A stretch of 63,451 bases of DNA from a virus. Its lineage: Duplodnaviria; Caudoviricetes. The notes beneath the pieces were generated by a model. That model ran no database searches. It worked only from the letters and a program-made list of their open reading frames with translations, and was not told where the DNA came from. Both the position numbers and the translations under genes were made by a program. Of the stretch, positions 1 through 8,873 are shown in pieces. How positions within the stretch are numbered: the first letter of the stretch is position 1; every line of letters starts with the position of its first letter. The DNA lies in IMG/VR virus record IMGVR_UViG_3300007960_000021, positions 1 to 63,451 of that record, one strand, 5' to 3'.

Positions 1-1
1 C

Positions 2-1645
2 ACGACGTCGGCTGGCTGGCGGCTGAGCACGTCTGTCGGTGGTCGTGGAACTGGCGAGCACCCTGACTTCATTGTCGTTGACGATCCGCACACTGCTGAC
101 GGCGCAAAGAGCGACACATCCCGTACGCACGTCTCTGCTTGGCACGACACGACGCTGTCAACACGCCGAGGCCGAAACCCAAGCTACGTCACTGTCATGC
201 AGCGGCTGCACGAAGATGATCTGTCTGGGCATCTGCTGCGGAAGAAGTCGTATGTCCATATCTGCCTGCCGATGGAGTACGAGCGCGATCATCCGACGAA
301 GATGAAGACGACTCCGCTTGGGTTCAATGATCCGCGAACCGAGGAGGGCGAACTGCTCTGGCCTGACTACTACCCGGCCGATGGGAGCGAGAGGTCGGTG
401 AGGTCACTGAAGTCTGACCTTGGCACGCCCTATGACATTGCCGGGCAACTGCAGCAGCGACCGTCCCCCGCGTCGGGTGACATATTTCAGGTTGAATGGT
501 TCCCTCGACTGCGGTCGCGTCCGTGCGGAGTCAGGTCGTCTGTCAGGTTCTGGGACATTGCCGCTACTGAGGGCGGCGGCGACGCTACGGCCGGTGGCAA
601 GCTGTCGCTGCTGTTCGATGGCAGGGTGATGATTGAGCACATTCATGCTGGCCACTGGGGCGTCGCAAGGCGAGACGCAAACATCAAGTCGGTGGCTGAG
701 CGAGACGGCAAGGGGACGCGAGTTGGCGTTGAGGAAGAAGGCGGTGGCTCTGGCAAGACGTTTGTCTATGGCATCAAGAAGATGCTGCCTGGATACTCAG
801 TGAAAGGCTACAAGCCACGCAAGTCAAAAGAGGTTCGCGCTGGCGCGTTTGCGACACAAGCCTCGATTGGCAACATTGTGATCCTTGGCGAGTCTGACGA
901 CGACGACGAATGGATCAAGGCACTGCTTGAGCAACTGGAGATGTTTCCGCACGGATCGCACGACGATTACGTTGACGCCATTGTCGGTGCGTACGAGATG
1001 CTGCTTGAGTGCGTTGGAGCACTTGTCAATCCGGCCGACATCCTTCGCCACATCACGGTCTCCGACAGGACGCTGCGTATCAATCTTGCTGATGGCAGTG
1101 TCAAGTCGGTTGACCTGTCACTTGCTCGGCCTTCCATGTTTGTGTATCCAGTCAGCGTTTCCGAGGGATCTGACGAGTTCGCTGGCGGATTCCCTTGCTC
1201 TGTGATTCAAGTATGGGTTGGCGGCCCGAACTTGCTGTCACTTGTTAGCGCTTGGAAGGAGCCGGGGACGTATGACGAGGTGCTGGCTGCGGCGCGAGAC
1301 ATGGCGACAAAGACGAAATGCAAGTCGATCAGGGTCATTGATTGCCCTGCTGCCGCCAAGATGTCGAAGGAACTCGGAAACGCGGGGGTAGTCCCGCCTC
1401 CGACTGACGCTGTATCTGGCTCGCTGATGCTGCAGACTATGGCAAGGGACAAGTCGCTGTCCATGCCTGACGAGCAATCGCAGTGGCGAGACGCATGGCT
1501 GGCTGACATTGCAAGCTACTCTGGCGGCAAGGGCGTTCCCGCGCACTATGTTGCATCTGCGGTGGCTGCTGGTCTAATGTCGGTCAAGGGGCAGACTTGG
1601 AGTCGTCTCATTACTGAGACGCCGATGGCGAGGAGGACTGTATGA
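2..1645 (+). CDS. terL: Terminase large subunit, 5'-truncated by window edge
   Basis: Frame is open from base 2 and reads STSVGGRGTGEHPDFIVVDDPH (Walker B), then VMQRLHEDDL, QLQQRP, an RNase H-like nuclease start (RFWDIAAT) and FPHGSHDDYVDA. It has an extra ~210 aa C-terminal extension. Confidence 0.93.
   Translation, partial: TTSAGWRLSTSVGGRGTGEHPDFIVVDDPHTADGAKSDTSRTHVSAWHDTTLSTRRGRNPSYVTVMQRLHEDDLSGHLLRKKSYVHICLPMEYERDHPTKMKTTPLGFNDPRTEEGELLWPDYYPADGSERSVRSLKSDLGTPYDIAGQLQQRPSPASGDIFQVEWFPRLRSRPCGVRSSVRFWDIAATEGGGDATAGGKLSLLFDGRVMIEHIHAGHWGVARRDANIKSVAERDGKGTRVGVEEEGGGSGKTFVYGIKKMLPGYSVKGYKPRKSKEVRAGAFATQASIGNIVILGESDDDDEWIKALLEQLEMFPHGSHDDYVDAIVGAYEMLLECVGALVNPADILRHITVSDRTLRINLADGSVKSVDLSLARPSMFVYPVSVSEGSDEFAGGFPCSVIQVWVGGPNLLSLVSAWKEPGTYDEVLAAARDMATKTKCKSIRVIDCPAAAKMSKELGNAGVVPPPTDAVSGSLMLQTMARDKSLSMPDEQSQWRDAWLADIASYSGGKGVPAHYVASAVAAGLMSVKGQTWSRLITETPMARRTV
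1605..1620 (+). repeat. 16-bp palindrome GTCTCATTACTGAGAC, perfect copy (in 3' end of terL)
   Basis: Exact match read from sequence. Confidence 0.95.
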
Positions 1646-1827
1646 GCGGAGACCGTCTGGTGAACCCACCAGAAGTTGCGAAGCGGCTTGACGTCTGTCC
1701 TAACACTGTACGCGCTTGGTGCAGGGCCGGACTGATAGCCCACGTTGTGATGCCGAGCGGGAGGATAAAAGTCCCCATTGAAGAGATCGAGCGTTTGTGT
1801 AAGACGATGGTCAAGGCGGGCAGTTGA
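1642..1827 (+). CDS. Excisionase/MerR-like HTH DNA-binding protein
   Basis: VNPPEVAKRLDVCPNTVRAWCRAGLI...GRIKVPIEEIERL fits an HTH_17/Xis-like pattern; ATGA overlap with terL. Confidence 0.75.
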   Translation: MSGDRLVNPPEVAKRLDVCPNTVRAWCRAGLIAHVVMPSGRIKVPIEEIERLCKTMVKAGS

Positions 1828-1836
1828 GGAATTGAA

Positions 1837-1959
1837 ATGCGACTCGTAAGAATACGGCAGATCAGGGCCGAGAAGGCAATTGCAAATGCCGTCTTGGCGA
1901 TTGGCATTGTGCTGGCGATTGCCTGCGTGGTTGCGGCAGCGGTATCCAGAATGGCATAG
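1837..1959 (+). CDS. Small single-TM peptide (40 aa, below ORF track cut-off)
   Basis: GAGGA RBS, then MRLVRIRQIRAEKAIANAVLAIGIVLAIACVVAAAVSRMA*. Confidence 0.55.
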   Translation: MRLVRIRQIRAEKAIANAVLAIGIVLAIACVVAAAVSRMA

Positions 1960-1969
1960 GAGCGATGGC

Positions 1970-2197
1970 ATGGCGACCTACATGGCGAAACCGGGCGTAA
2001 CGTCCATTCATTTTTCGCCGGTGAAGACGAGTGACGTTGTGGATTTCATTGAGTTCATGGACAGGCAGCTTGCTCCTGACGGGTATGCCTGGTGGACAGT
2101 TGCCTGGACGCCCGTCGCATACGAAGGCGGGCAGTCCGCGTTTATCGTGATCGAACGAAGCGGTAGTAACGCAGCTCTTGCTGCAGATAGGAATTGA
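1970..2197 (+). CDS. Hypothetical protein
   Basis: Fills the gap between neighbouring genes; AGGAG upstream. Confidence 0.5.
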   Translation: MATYMAKPGVTSIHFSPVKTSDVVDFIEFMDRQLAPDGYAWWTVAWTPVAYEGGQSAFIVIERSGSNAALAADRN

Positions 2198-2198
2198 A

Positions 2199-2549
2199 AT
2201 GCCAGACTTAGCAGGTGCCATAGTTGGGCATCTTGCAGGTGACTACCTGCTGCAGAACGACTTTCTTGCAATCGGAAAGAAGAACAGCAGCTTGATATGC
2301 GCGCTGCATTGTGCAATCTGGACGGCCGCCGTTGCCGCGCTTGGCGGGATGCCGTTGTGGACATGGCCAGTATTGTTCGTTACGCATTTTGTTCAGGATA
2401 GATGGCTGCTGATTCCGGCATGGATGAAGGCCATTGGGCAGGCTGGCTTTCGGGACGGGCCGTGCTCGCCGTGGGCTGCGATTGTAGTTGACAATGTCTG
2501 GCACATCCTGGCCATTTACGCGATGATCGCCATTGCAGGGAGACTTTAA
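2199..2549 (+). CDS. DUF3307-like membrane protein
   Basis: GHLAGDYLLQND...HCAIW...HFVQDR...VDNVWH His/Asp pattern with hydrophobic helices. Confidence 0.75.
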   Translation: MPDLAGAIVGHLAGDYLLQNDFLAIGKKNSSLICALHCAIWTAAVAALGGMPLWTWPVLFVTHFVQDRWLLIPAWMKAIGQAGFRDGPCSPWAAIVVDNVWHILAIYAMIAIAGRL

Positions 2550-4177
2550 TGACGATTGACTTTGCCGACTTCTTTGGTAAGGCGGGCAAGGCGTTCCACG
2601 CGCTTGACACGCTGAACACTGCGATGGGAACGACCATTGAAGATGAGGTCGAAGACTTCGTTCAGCAATTCGGGTCTGACACGATCCAAGAGATCAACAC
2701 GTTCAGCGGAGTCGCTGACGCGCTGGAGTCACTGCAGAGCGCTGGCACTGCCATGGCCTCTGAGGTTTCCGGTGCCCTGCAGAACCTGCTTGTCTATGTC
2801 GTTGAGCAGGACAATCCACAGTCGTCGCAGGACATTGAGGTTGCACTGATTGAGCTTGTACGACAGATGGAGATATCCCCGACGACTGTCTCGGCCTCTG
2901 CTGTTGGAGCAACGGTGTCCTATGACTCATCGAATGTGGGTGACGGCGTCATTGTCGTGTCCGTCAAGCGGCCGGACGGTCGGACAAACGAGCTTCTGCT
3001 TGCTGAGGACATCGTGTTTACGTGCGGTTCCGAGGGAGCTGAAGCGGGCGGCGAATCGTTCACCGCTGCCGGAGAAGAGTACGTGTCTCCGCTTGCGCAT
3101 GATTGGCCAAAGGGATCGGGTGCAAGCTTCTCTGCTGCGAGCACGACGGCGACAACTGGCAATGTGCTCTCGAATGGCACGTTTGAGGACGCGGACACAC
3201 TTGAGGCGGACTTGCCGGATGGATGGGTAGCTTCGGTAGCCACGTTCGGCACGACGCTGAAGCTGACTGACATTGAAGTGCAAACGGTCATTATCAGCGG
3301 ATCGCCCACTGGTGGTTGGTACTCGCTGACGTTCACGAACAGCGATGGGGACGCGCAGACGACGGCGCCTATTTCATGGGACGCTGGCGAGTCTGACGTC
3401 CAGTCTGCATTGAGACTGCTGACTGGCCTCAGTGCCATTACGGTCACGACGACGGGCACGTCTCCAAACTACACGCACACAATTGAGTTTGTGGGCGTCA
3501 AGAACCCTGGCCAACTGACGAGCACTGACGCAATGACTGGCGGTTCACCGGCCATTGCCCATGCGACAACGACTGCTGCCAGTGCCCACACCGCTCGCGG
3601 CGCGCGGGCCGTTGAGTTTGACGGCAACGGCTCTGAGCTTACTGCCATCCAGCAGCGAGTTGCACTGACGCCAAGAACCCAGTACGCATTCGCAATGTTC
3701 CTGAAACTTGACGTCGTGCCTGCCGCTGGCGTCATCACGGTCGATCTCGTAGATGGCATTGGCGGCACTGTCATTGCTGACGACGAAGCGACAAATAACA
3801 CGTTCACGATTGATTGCACTGCGGCATCTGGGAGCCTGGAGATTTACAGCGGAGTCTTTCGGACGCCCACGGAACTGCCTGCGGTCGTGTATCTGCGAAT
3901 CAGGCTGACCACTGCGATCACTGCTGGAAGCTCCGCGTTCATCGACGAAGCGCAATTGAAGCAGATGGACGAGGCGTACGACGGCGGGCCTTACATTGCG
4001 GTGTTCAGTGGCCTGACTGCTTGGGGGCAGGGCGACAGGGCAACGGTCGCCACGACCAATGATCGCGCTGGCTCGCTGCATGAATGGATGGACCGAGCGT
4101 ACGACTTGAAGGGCAAGGGGCTGCTCTTGCCAAGCACCGGGGGAGCACCTACAATCGCTGACAGTGTAATCGGTTAG
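2549..4177 (+). CDS. Putative virion structural protein, 542 aa
   Basis: Thr/Gly/Ala/Ser-rich and acidic; contains NVLSNGTFE (CBM-like start) and an EVQTVIISGSPTGGWYSLTF...QTTAPI...VQSALRLL module seen in phage tail proteins. Confidence 0.55.
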   Translation: MTIDFADFFGKAGKAFHALDTLNTAMGTTIEDEVEDFVQQFGSDTIQEINTFSGVADALESLQSAGTAMASEVSGALQNLLVYVVEQDNPQSSQDIEVALIELVRQMEISPTTVSASAVGATVSYDSSNVGDGVIVVSVKRPDGRTNELLLAEDIVFTCGSEGAEAGGESFTAAGEEYVSPLAHDWPKGSGASFSAASTTATTGNVLSNGTFEDADTLEADLPDGWVASVATFGTTLKLTDIEVQTVIISGSPTGGWYSLTFTNSDGDAQTTAPISWDAGESDVQSALRLLTGLSAITVTTTGTSPNYTHTIEFVGVKNPGQLTSTDAMTGGSPAIAHATTTAASAHTARGARAVEFDGNGSELTAIQQRVALTPRTQYAFAMFLKLDVVPAAGVITVDLVDGIGGTVIADDEATNNTFTIDCTAASGSLEIYSGVFRTPTELPAVVYLRIRLTTAITAGSSAFIDEAQLKQMDEAYDGGPYIAVFSGLTAWGQGDRATVATTNDRAGSLHEWMDRAYDLKGKGLLLPSTGGAPTIADSVIG

Positions 4178-4205
4178 CGGTACATTGTAATCGAGGGCGA
4201 TTGGC

Positions 4206-4547
4206 ATGGGGCTGAAAGACGTTGTTGCCATGCAATTCAAGATGCGGAAGGACTTGGGCGACGTAGCGTTTGTCTGTTATCCGCCAGGCATTGGAGCGAG
4301 CGAAAAGGCGGCCCTCAATGAGGCATGCCAGACGCTTGCGGAGGCGACTGGATGCCCTGTCTTCTGCTGTCAGAGCGAAGTGCGATCAGTCGTCGCTGGC
4401 GGCGTCAGATATGACGATACTTCGGACGAGCCGTTCTACTTCGACATCAACGGCATCAGGTTTGGGTACGATTCGCTTGAAGTTGCGAGGCGCGACCAGA
4501 AGTTGGCCGACATGGTCGTGCGGGCGGTGATTGGCAATGGAAAATAA
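4206..4547 (+). CDS. Hypothetical protein
   Basis: ORF in tightly packed + strand run. Confidence 0.5.
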   Translation: MGLKDVVAMQFKMRKDLGDVAFVCYPPGIGASEKAALNEACQTLAEATGCPVFCCQSEVRSVVAGGVRYDDTSDEPFYFDINGIRFGYDSLEVARRDQKLADMVVRAVIGNGK

Positions 4548-5112
4548 GGGTATTGACCGACTATCGGGCGGAGACTTCGAGAAGATCACTGCCGAGGCGC
4601 TTGCCATTGAGTCTGACTGCGGCAGCATTGACTGGGCCAGATACGGCGTGAAGATGTCGTTTCAGCAGGGCAAGTATCGCCCCATTCATTCGATGCCTGA
4701 CTTTGAAGGCGTCATTGCTCCTGGCGGACGCCAGTTTGTCTTTGACTGCAAGGTGTCGTCTGGCCCGTCTCTGAAGATGGACAAGGTGAAGTCGCACCAG
4801 ATGTCATTCATGCTTGGGAGAGAGGCTCGCGGTGCCATCTGCTTCCTGTTCGTCCATTTCAATGCCCGCGAATTGAAGACGAAGTCGGAGCCGCCAGAGA
4901 CGTACGCGATCCCTGTCGCGACGACTCTTGACCTGTGGTACGCATGGGCGCGAGGGGAATTTGACAGCATCAGCAGGTCTGCGGCTGAGGAACATGGCAT
5001 TGCCGTTCCGTGGGTCAAGGCGGAAGGGAAGAGGAAGTATCGCCCGAACATGCTTGAGGCGATCAATGGCTGCCGAGATGTCCTCGACGGTCGTTCAGGG
5101 TACGTTCTTTAG
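4537..5112 (+). CDS. RecU-like Holliday junction resolvase / PD-(D/E)XK nuclease
   Basis: GGDFEK...MPDFEG...FVFDCK...VKSHQ...GAICFLFVHF matches the RecU motif order. Confidence 0.7.
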   Translation: MENKGIDRLSGGDFEKITAEALAIESDCGSIDWARYGVKMSFQQGKYRPIHSMPDFEGVIAPGGRQFVFDCKVSSGPSLKMDKVKSHQMSFMLGREARGAICFLFVHFNARELKTKSEPPETYAIPVATTLDLWYAWARGEFDSISRSAAEEHGIAVPWVKAEGKRKYRPNMLEAINGCRDVLDGRSGYVL

Positions 5113-5115
5113 GAG

Positions 5116-5385
5116 ATGGCGATGATAATTGACGTGTTTGGCTGGATGGGAGTGATGGCGTTAATCGCGGGCATGGTCATTGGCGCCGCCGTGATGGTCG
5201 TTGTCGCTGTGAACGCTGCCTACCGAAACGGAGTCACTGACGGTTACGGATACTTGCGAGAGCCGGGCAATCCGGGCTATCGGAAGGCCGGGCGATATCT
5301 GCTGAAGCACATGTCGCATCGCTGGCCTGAACTCGACTGCGACTGCCCTGGCGAATGCGAAGATTGCAGCGGGGGCAAGCGATGA
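5116..5385 (+). CDS. Small membrane protein
   Basis: N-terminal hydrophobic helix, AGGAG RBS. Confidence 0.55.
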   Translation: MAMIIDVFGWMGVMALIAGMVIGAAVMVVVAVNAAYRNGVTDGYGYLREPGNPGYRKAGRYLLKHMSHRWPELDCDCPGECEDCSGGKR

Positions 5386-5972
5386 TAGTGTGCGATAAGC
5401 CAAGGATCGAGTCGATGCAACTGAGGCTGTTCGACGAGCCCCTGCGTGGTCATGGCCACGTTCGCGTTGTGAGCGGCAACATGGCTGAGACGATGACTGC
5501 CGCGTTCACTGGCGGAACCCGCATCTCCACCGACTCGCGAGCCGACTACTGCCCCGATGTCGTTGCTGAGATCGAAGGGCGAAAGGTCTTCATCGAGTGC
5601 AAGGCTGTGGGTCTCAGTAATGAGACGTTCGTTTACCATGGTCGGCTTGAGAAGGATCGGTTGTTTGCTGCCGAGCACAGTCTGATGTACGCGATCTGGC
5701 GACACAGAGCCGCGACAAAGAAGTGCTCGACCGTCCAGCAGTTGCAAGCTGCGTGGCTGACGAGCCTGGAAGCGGCGTACCTCGTTCCGTTCAAGGACTT
5801 CTTTGACATTGCGATTGGCAGTGGCATTGAGAAGCTGAACTCCGCGTACGGATCGAGCCGGACACAGCCAAAGATGTACGGTTCTGGCTACCGAGTGCGA
5901 CTTGCGAAGCTTGCTGCGTGGAAGGTGCTTGAGTTTGCGAATAATTCCAGAAAACCGCGAACAGCCTATTGA
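5382..5972 (+). CDS. PD-(D/E)XK-family nuclease-like protein
   Basis: GNMAE...CPDV...FIECK. Confidence 0.6.
   Translation: MIVCDKPRIESMQLRLFDEPLRGHGHVRVVSGNMAETMTAAFTGGTRISTDSRADYCPDVVAEIEGRKVFIECKAVGLSNETFVYHGRLEKDRLFAAEHSLMYAIWRHRAATKKCSTVQQLQAAWLTSLEAAYLVPFKDFFDIAIGSGIEKLNSAYGSSRTQPKMYGSGYRVRLAKLAAWKVLEFANNSRKPRTAY
5611..5626 (-). repeat. 16-bp palindrome, perfect copy, reverse orientation, inside CDS
   Basis: GTCTCAGTAATGAGAC on + strand. Confidence 0.95.
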
Positions 5973-5996
5973 CGGCGTTAGCGAATCTGGTAAACT
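5969..5996 (+). promoter_or_regulatory. Sigma70-type promoter
   Basis: TTGACG-N16-TAAACT with extended TG, directly upstream of the structured leader. Confidence 0.6.
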
Positions 5997-6000
5997 GAAG

Positions 6001-6128
6001 GAGCGATGGCAACGCGGCGTCGTAATGAGACATTCGGATGCAATGGTTGCCAGCCTTTGCAACCCCGGCCCTCCCTGAGTCACCACGTCAGCCGACTGCC
6101 ATCGCTGACCTGCAGGGAGGGCTTTTTT
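6001..6128 (+). ncRNA. Candidate C4/CI-like antisense or attenuator RNA ending in a terminator-like hairpin
   Basis: Outer stem 6068-6077/6113-6122 plus T6; inner stem 6087-6092/6104-6109; bulge and loop complementary to 6002-6011, 6149-6157 and 6324-6331. Confidence 0.55.
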
Positions 6129-6501
6129 CGTTTACTGGCTTGCCGCCTGATGGCAGTTGCATTGCAACGGTGGCCAGACAAGCTGACCGAGAAGTCGGCA
6201 AGATACGGCGTAGAATGGCTTGAGCCGTGCCCTGCGGGGCGAATCAGGCCGCAATGAGGCGAAAGCCTTCTGCTTGACGAGGATATTGCCGTTGAGCGGA
6301 AGGTCCTCTGCGTTCCCCAGGGAGTGGTGACAACGTACGGCCTTGGGTCAAGAGCATTGGCGTGGTGGGGTTGGTAGACCTGAGCGTGCCACGTAAAAGA
6401 AGTGCTCAGGCTGCGGGCATTTAGGCATCCAGCATTCCACCATCCACGGATGGGGTTGCTGCGCGCTGAGGGCGCCGTCTGGCGCTGGAAAGGGGTATCC
6501 A

Positions 6502-6972
6502 ATGACCTACGCTGCTGCTGGAGAGGACGCGATTGAGTATCGCGGATGGGTGCTTGAAAGCACTCCTGGGGTTGGGCTGGTTGTGAGTCGCGGCCATGAG
6601 GTAGGGGTCATGCCAAGCATCTCCCATGCCGTGCGGCAGATTGACCGCGTGATTGAGTTGGAGTCGGCTGAATCTGGTTTCACTGGAAAGGGAGTCAAGA
6701 TGAAGGAAATCGTTCTGATGCTCGCTGGCGCAGAAATCATCGCTGGTCTCATTGAGACTGTCGCTGTTGCCGCTGGCGACAAGGACCCGGAAATCGCCAA
6801 GGGCATGAAGACTGCGGCCCGATCCATACGGGTGAACGTGCGGAGCGCCATTGACGAGGCTCGAACCTACTGGAAGCCCGCCGCCGAGCCCGGCAAACAA
6901 TCACCGAGCCTTGACCAGTTTCAGTCGCCCGGCGAACCGGACGACGATCAGCACGAAGAGCATGGAGACTGA
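6502..6972 (+). CDS. Hypothetical protein
   Basis: AAGGGG RBS; possible internal start at MKEIV. Confidence 0.5.
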   Translation: MTYAAAGEDAIEYRGWVLESTPGVGLVVSRGHEVGVMPSISHAVRQIDRVIELESAESGFTGKGVKMKEIVLMLAGAEIIAGLIETVAVAAGDKDPEIAKGMKTAARSIRVNVRSAIDEARTYWKPAAEPGKQSPSLDQFQSPGEPDDDQHEEHGD

Positions 6973-6977
6973 TTGCG

Positions 6978-7244
6978 ATGGGAAGACTTGAAGCCGATGA
7001 CAAGAAGAAGAAGCCGGATAATCCGCTTGCCACCATCGTCGGTGACAACCTGCTGAGATGCAGACGCAAGACCAGGGAGACGATACGAGTCTTGTCGGAA
7101 AGGACTGGCCTGTCTCAGGCGCATCTGTGCGACATGGAAAACGCGAAGAGGAATCCGAGTCTCGCGACGGCTGTGATACTGTCGAAGCATTTCGGCGTCA
7201 GCCTTGACTACTGGACCGTTGACCGCAGGAAGAGAAAGGGGTAA
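6978..7244 (+). CDS. XRE-family HTH regulator
   Basis: LSERTGLSQAHLCDMENAKRNPSLATAVILSKHFGVSLDY. Confidence 0.85.
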   Translation: MGRLEADDKKKKPDNPLATIVGDNLLRCRRKTRETIRVLSERTGLSQAHLCDMENAKRNPSLATAVILSKHFGVSLDYWTVDRRKRKG

Positions 7245-7249
7245 TTGCC

Positions 7250-7606
7250 GTGTCTGAGCAGAGCCTGATTGACCACTCGAAGGCCATGTGCCGCGAGGTC
7301 GTTGTCTATGACATGGAGCATTACGTTGGCCGAGAGGACGAGTTTGAAGTCCAACTCAAGCTCGACACTGCTGCCATGACGAGGCGGATGGAGAACTCGA
7401 CGGTTGCTGCGGATGCTCTTGCGTGGTTCATTGAGTTTCGCGACGGCAAGCTGCACAGCGCTGTCATGCTCGACTGCACGCCGGAGCACTACAACCGGGT
7501 CATGGCGAAGTACAACGGAACGGTTCCCATTCCGGCGACCCCTGGACTCGGACTTGCCAAAAAGTTTCCGCCTGACGACGTTGACACGCTGATCGCGATG
7601 GCCTGA
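7250..7606 (+). CDS. Hypothetical protein
   Basis: ORF in + strand run. Confidence 0.55.
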   Translation: MSEQSLIDHSKAMCREVVVYDMEHYVGREDEFEVQLKLDTAAMTRRMENSTVAADALAWFIEFRDGKLHSAVMLDCTPEHYNRVMAKYNGTVPIPATPGLGLAKKFPPDDVDTLIAMA

Positions 7607-7608
7607 AC

Positions 7609-7624
7609 GTCTCATTACTGAGAC
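7609..7624 (+). repeat. 16-bp palindrome, perfect copy, intergenic
   Basis: Exact match just after a stop codon. Confidence 0.95.
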
Positions 7625-7642
7625 AGAACGGAGCGTCCTGCC

Positions 7643-7852
7643 ATGACTGATGTATTCTGCCCCAAGTGCAAGCTGATCGGAGAAGGCTGCATCTGCAAGG
7701 CCAAGCTGGAGCACGATCCTGACTGCAGGTTCCTGAGAGCGGCAAGCCTGTCTGTTGAAATTGCCTGCGATCATGGATTTCAGGCGTGCCCTGAGTGCGA
7801 CCCTTGCAAGTGCGAGGCATTTAAGGATTCTCCACCAAAAGGGATTCGGTGA
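7643..7852 (+). CDS. Small Cys-rich (Zn-binding) protein
   Basis: CPKC, CIC, HDPDC, CDHG, CPECDPCKC. Confidence 0.6.
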   Translation: MTDVFCPKCKLIGEGCICKAKLEHDPDCRFLRAASLSVEIACDHGFQACPECDPCKCEAFKDSPPKGIR

Positions 7853-8052
7853 TGTCAAGCATTCACGACATGAAGCTGTTTGTCAGGCAAGTTGCTGACA
7901 TGAGGCGCGCTCAGAAGGACTTGAGGGCGATGGAAGGCGAGCTTGGCGCGGGCCATCCAACTGTTCTTTTGGTGAGGCAATCTATCTTGCTGTTGGAGCA
8001 AGTGACTGACAGGATGCTATCGCGAATCGAGGGGAAAGAATGGTCCGGATAA
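7849..8052 (+). CDS. Hypothetical protein
   Basis: Overlapping stop/start; helical VADMRRAQK pattern. Confidence 0.5.
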   Translation: MMSSIHDMKLFVRQVADMRRAQKDLRAMEGELGAGHPTVLLVRQSILLLEQVTDRMLSRIEGKEWSG

Positions 8053-8162
8053 AGTTCAACGGCCACTGGGAAGGCACTGGCGTTGTCGATCGCGGACTGA
8101 GCGTATTGTTTTGTAAGTGTGGGTTCCTGAAATCAAACTGCAAATGCAAGGGGAGCGAAGGC

Positions 8163-8516
8163 ATGGACATGAAACAGTTCAGCGTTGAGAACAAGAAGCG
8201 GTGCGAGTCGCCGCTTGGCTTTGGCCACGACATCAATTCGTGGGGCGCATCCGACTGGTTCACTGCGACGATCGGCGAGTTCGGCGAGGCTGCAAACGTA
8301 GCAAAGAAGCTGAACAGGATTCGCAATGGCTTGAAGGGCAATGCCAAGGGCGAGACCGAAGAGTCGCTGAAGGCCAAGCTGAGGAAAGAGCTTGCCGACG
8401 CATTCATCTACCTCGACCTGCTCGCCACGTCCGAGGGAATTGATCTGGCGAGCGCTGTCGTTGACACGTTCAATGAGAAGTCGGCTGAAATTGGATATCC
8501 GGTCATTCTTACGTAA
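8163..8516 (+). CDS. MazG-like nucleotide pyrophosphohydrolase
   Basis: GEFGEAANVAKK...KELADAFIYLDLLA...GIDL...FNE. Confidence 0.85.
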   Translation: MDMKQFSVENKKRCESPLGFGHDINSWGASDWFTATIGEFGEAANVAKKLNRIRNGLKGNAKGETEESLKAKLRKELADAFIYLDLLATSEGIDLASAVVDTFNEKSAEIGYPVILT

Positions 8517-8530
8517 GTTGGATCGCGACA

Positions 8531-8749
8531 ATGAAAGAGAAATGCAAGTGCGGCCGAGCAGACTGCGACGAATGCTGGAACCGTGGACGAGAAGAGTCGT
8601 TTCGGAAGGATGACGAAGAAGCTGAACAGAGGATTCAAGGCAATCGCATGTCCGGCGAGAGCTGCCCTCAATGCGGCTCGCACAATTACGTCAGCGCGAC
8701 GAAGGCTGAGGAATGTTACGCCTGCGGTTACTCGCAGGGATATTGGTAG
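8531..8749 (+). CDS. Small Zn-ribbon protein
   Basis: CKC...CDEC and CPQCGS...CYACGY. Confidence 0.6.
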   Translation: MKEKCKCGRADCDECWNRGREESFRKDDEEAEQRIQGNRMSGESCPQCGSHNYVSATKAEECYACGYSQGYW

Positions 8750-8817
8750 CCGCCATCGAACGGGCGGAACGTGGGGCTGGAGCGGGTAACGCCGATGTTG
8801 CAAGTCCAGCCCCTCAC

Positions 8818-8848
8818 GCCGAGTCGGTGAAGCTCGGCATTGTTTTTT
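8818..8848 (+). terminator. Intrinsic terminator-like hairpin (last of three hairpins in 8750-8850)
   Basis: GCCGAG-loop-CTCGGC followed by ATTGTTTTTT. Confidence 0.55.
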
Positions 8849-8873
8849 CGGTTCTATTCAACAGGAGAGAGAC

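Noticed and set aside
1642-1827. Evidence of integration/excision (true Xis)
   Set aside because: No integrase or att site is visible; this HTH class is common without excision function. TopIB shares the tyrosine-recombinase fold but has clear topoisomerase motifs.
2549-4177. Tail sheath assignment
   Set aside because: Size fits but no sheath motifs were recognised, so tail type (contractile or not) cannot be determined by eye.
6006-6257. 83-aa ORF in the structured leader as a protein gene
   Set aside because: It runs through the terminator hairpin and has no recognisable features. It has an RBS-like GAAGGAG, so a regulatory leader role is not excluded.
6746-6758. GTCTCATTGAGAC as a palindrome copy
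   Set aside because: The spacer is 3 bp shorter than in all other copies, so it was not counted.
8770-8817. Twister ribozyme, tRNA or tmRNA fragment
   Set aside because: TAAC and GTTGCAAG resemble twister loop bases, but I could not build the required stems; there is no cloverleaf or T-arm. No tRNA was recognised anywhere in the window.
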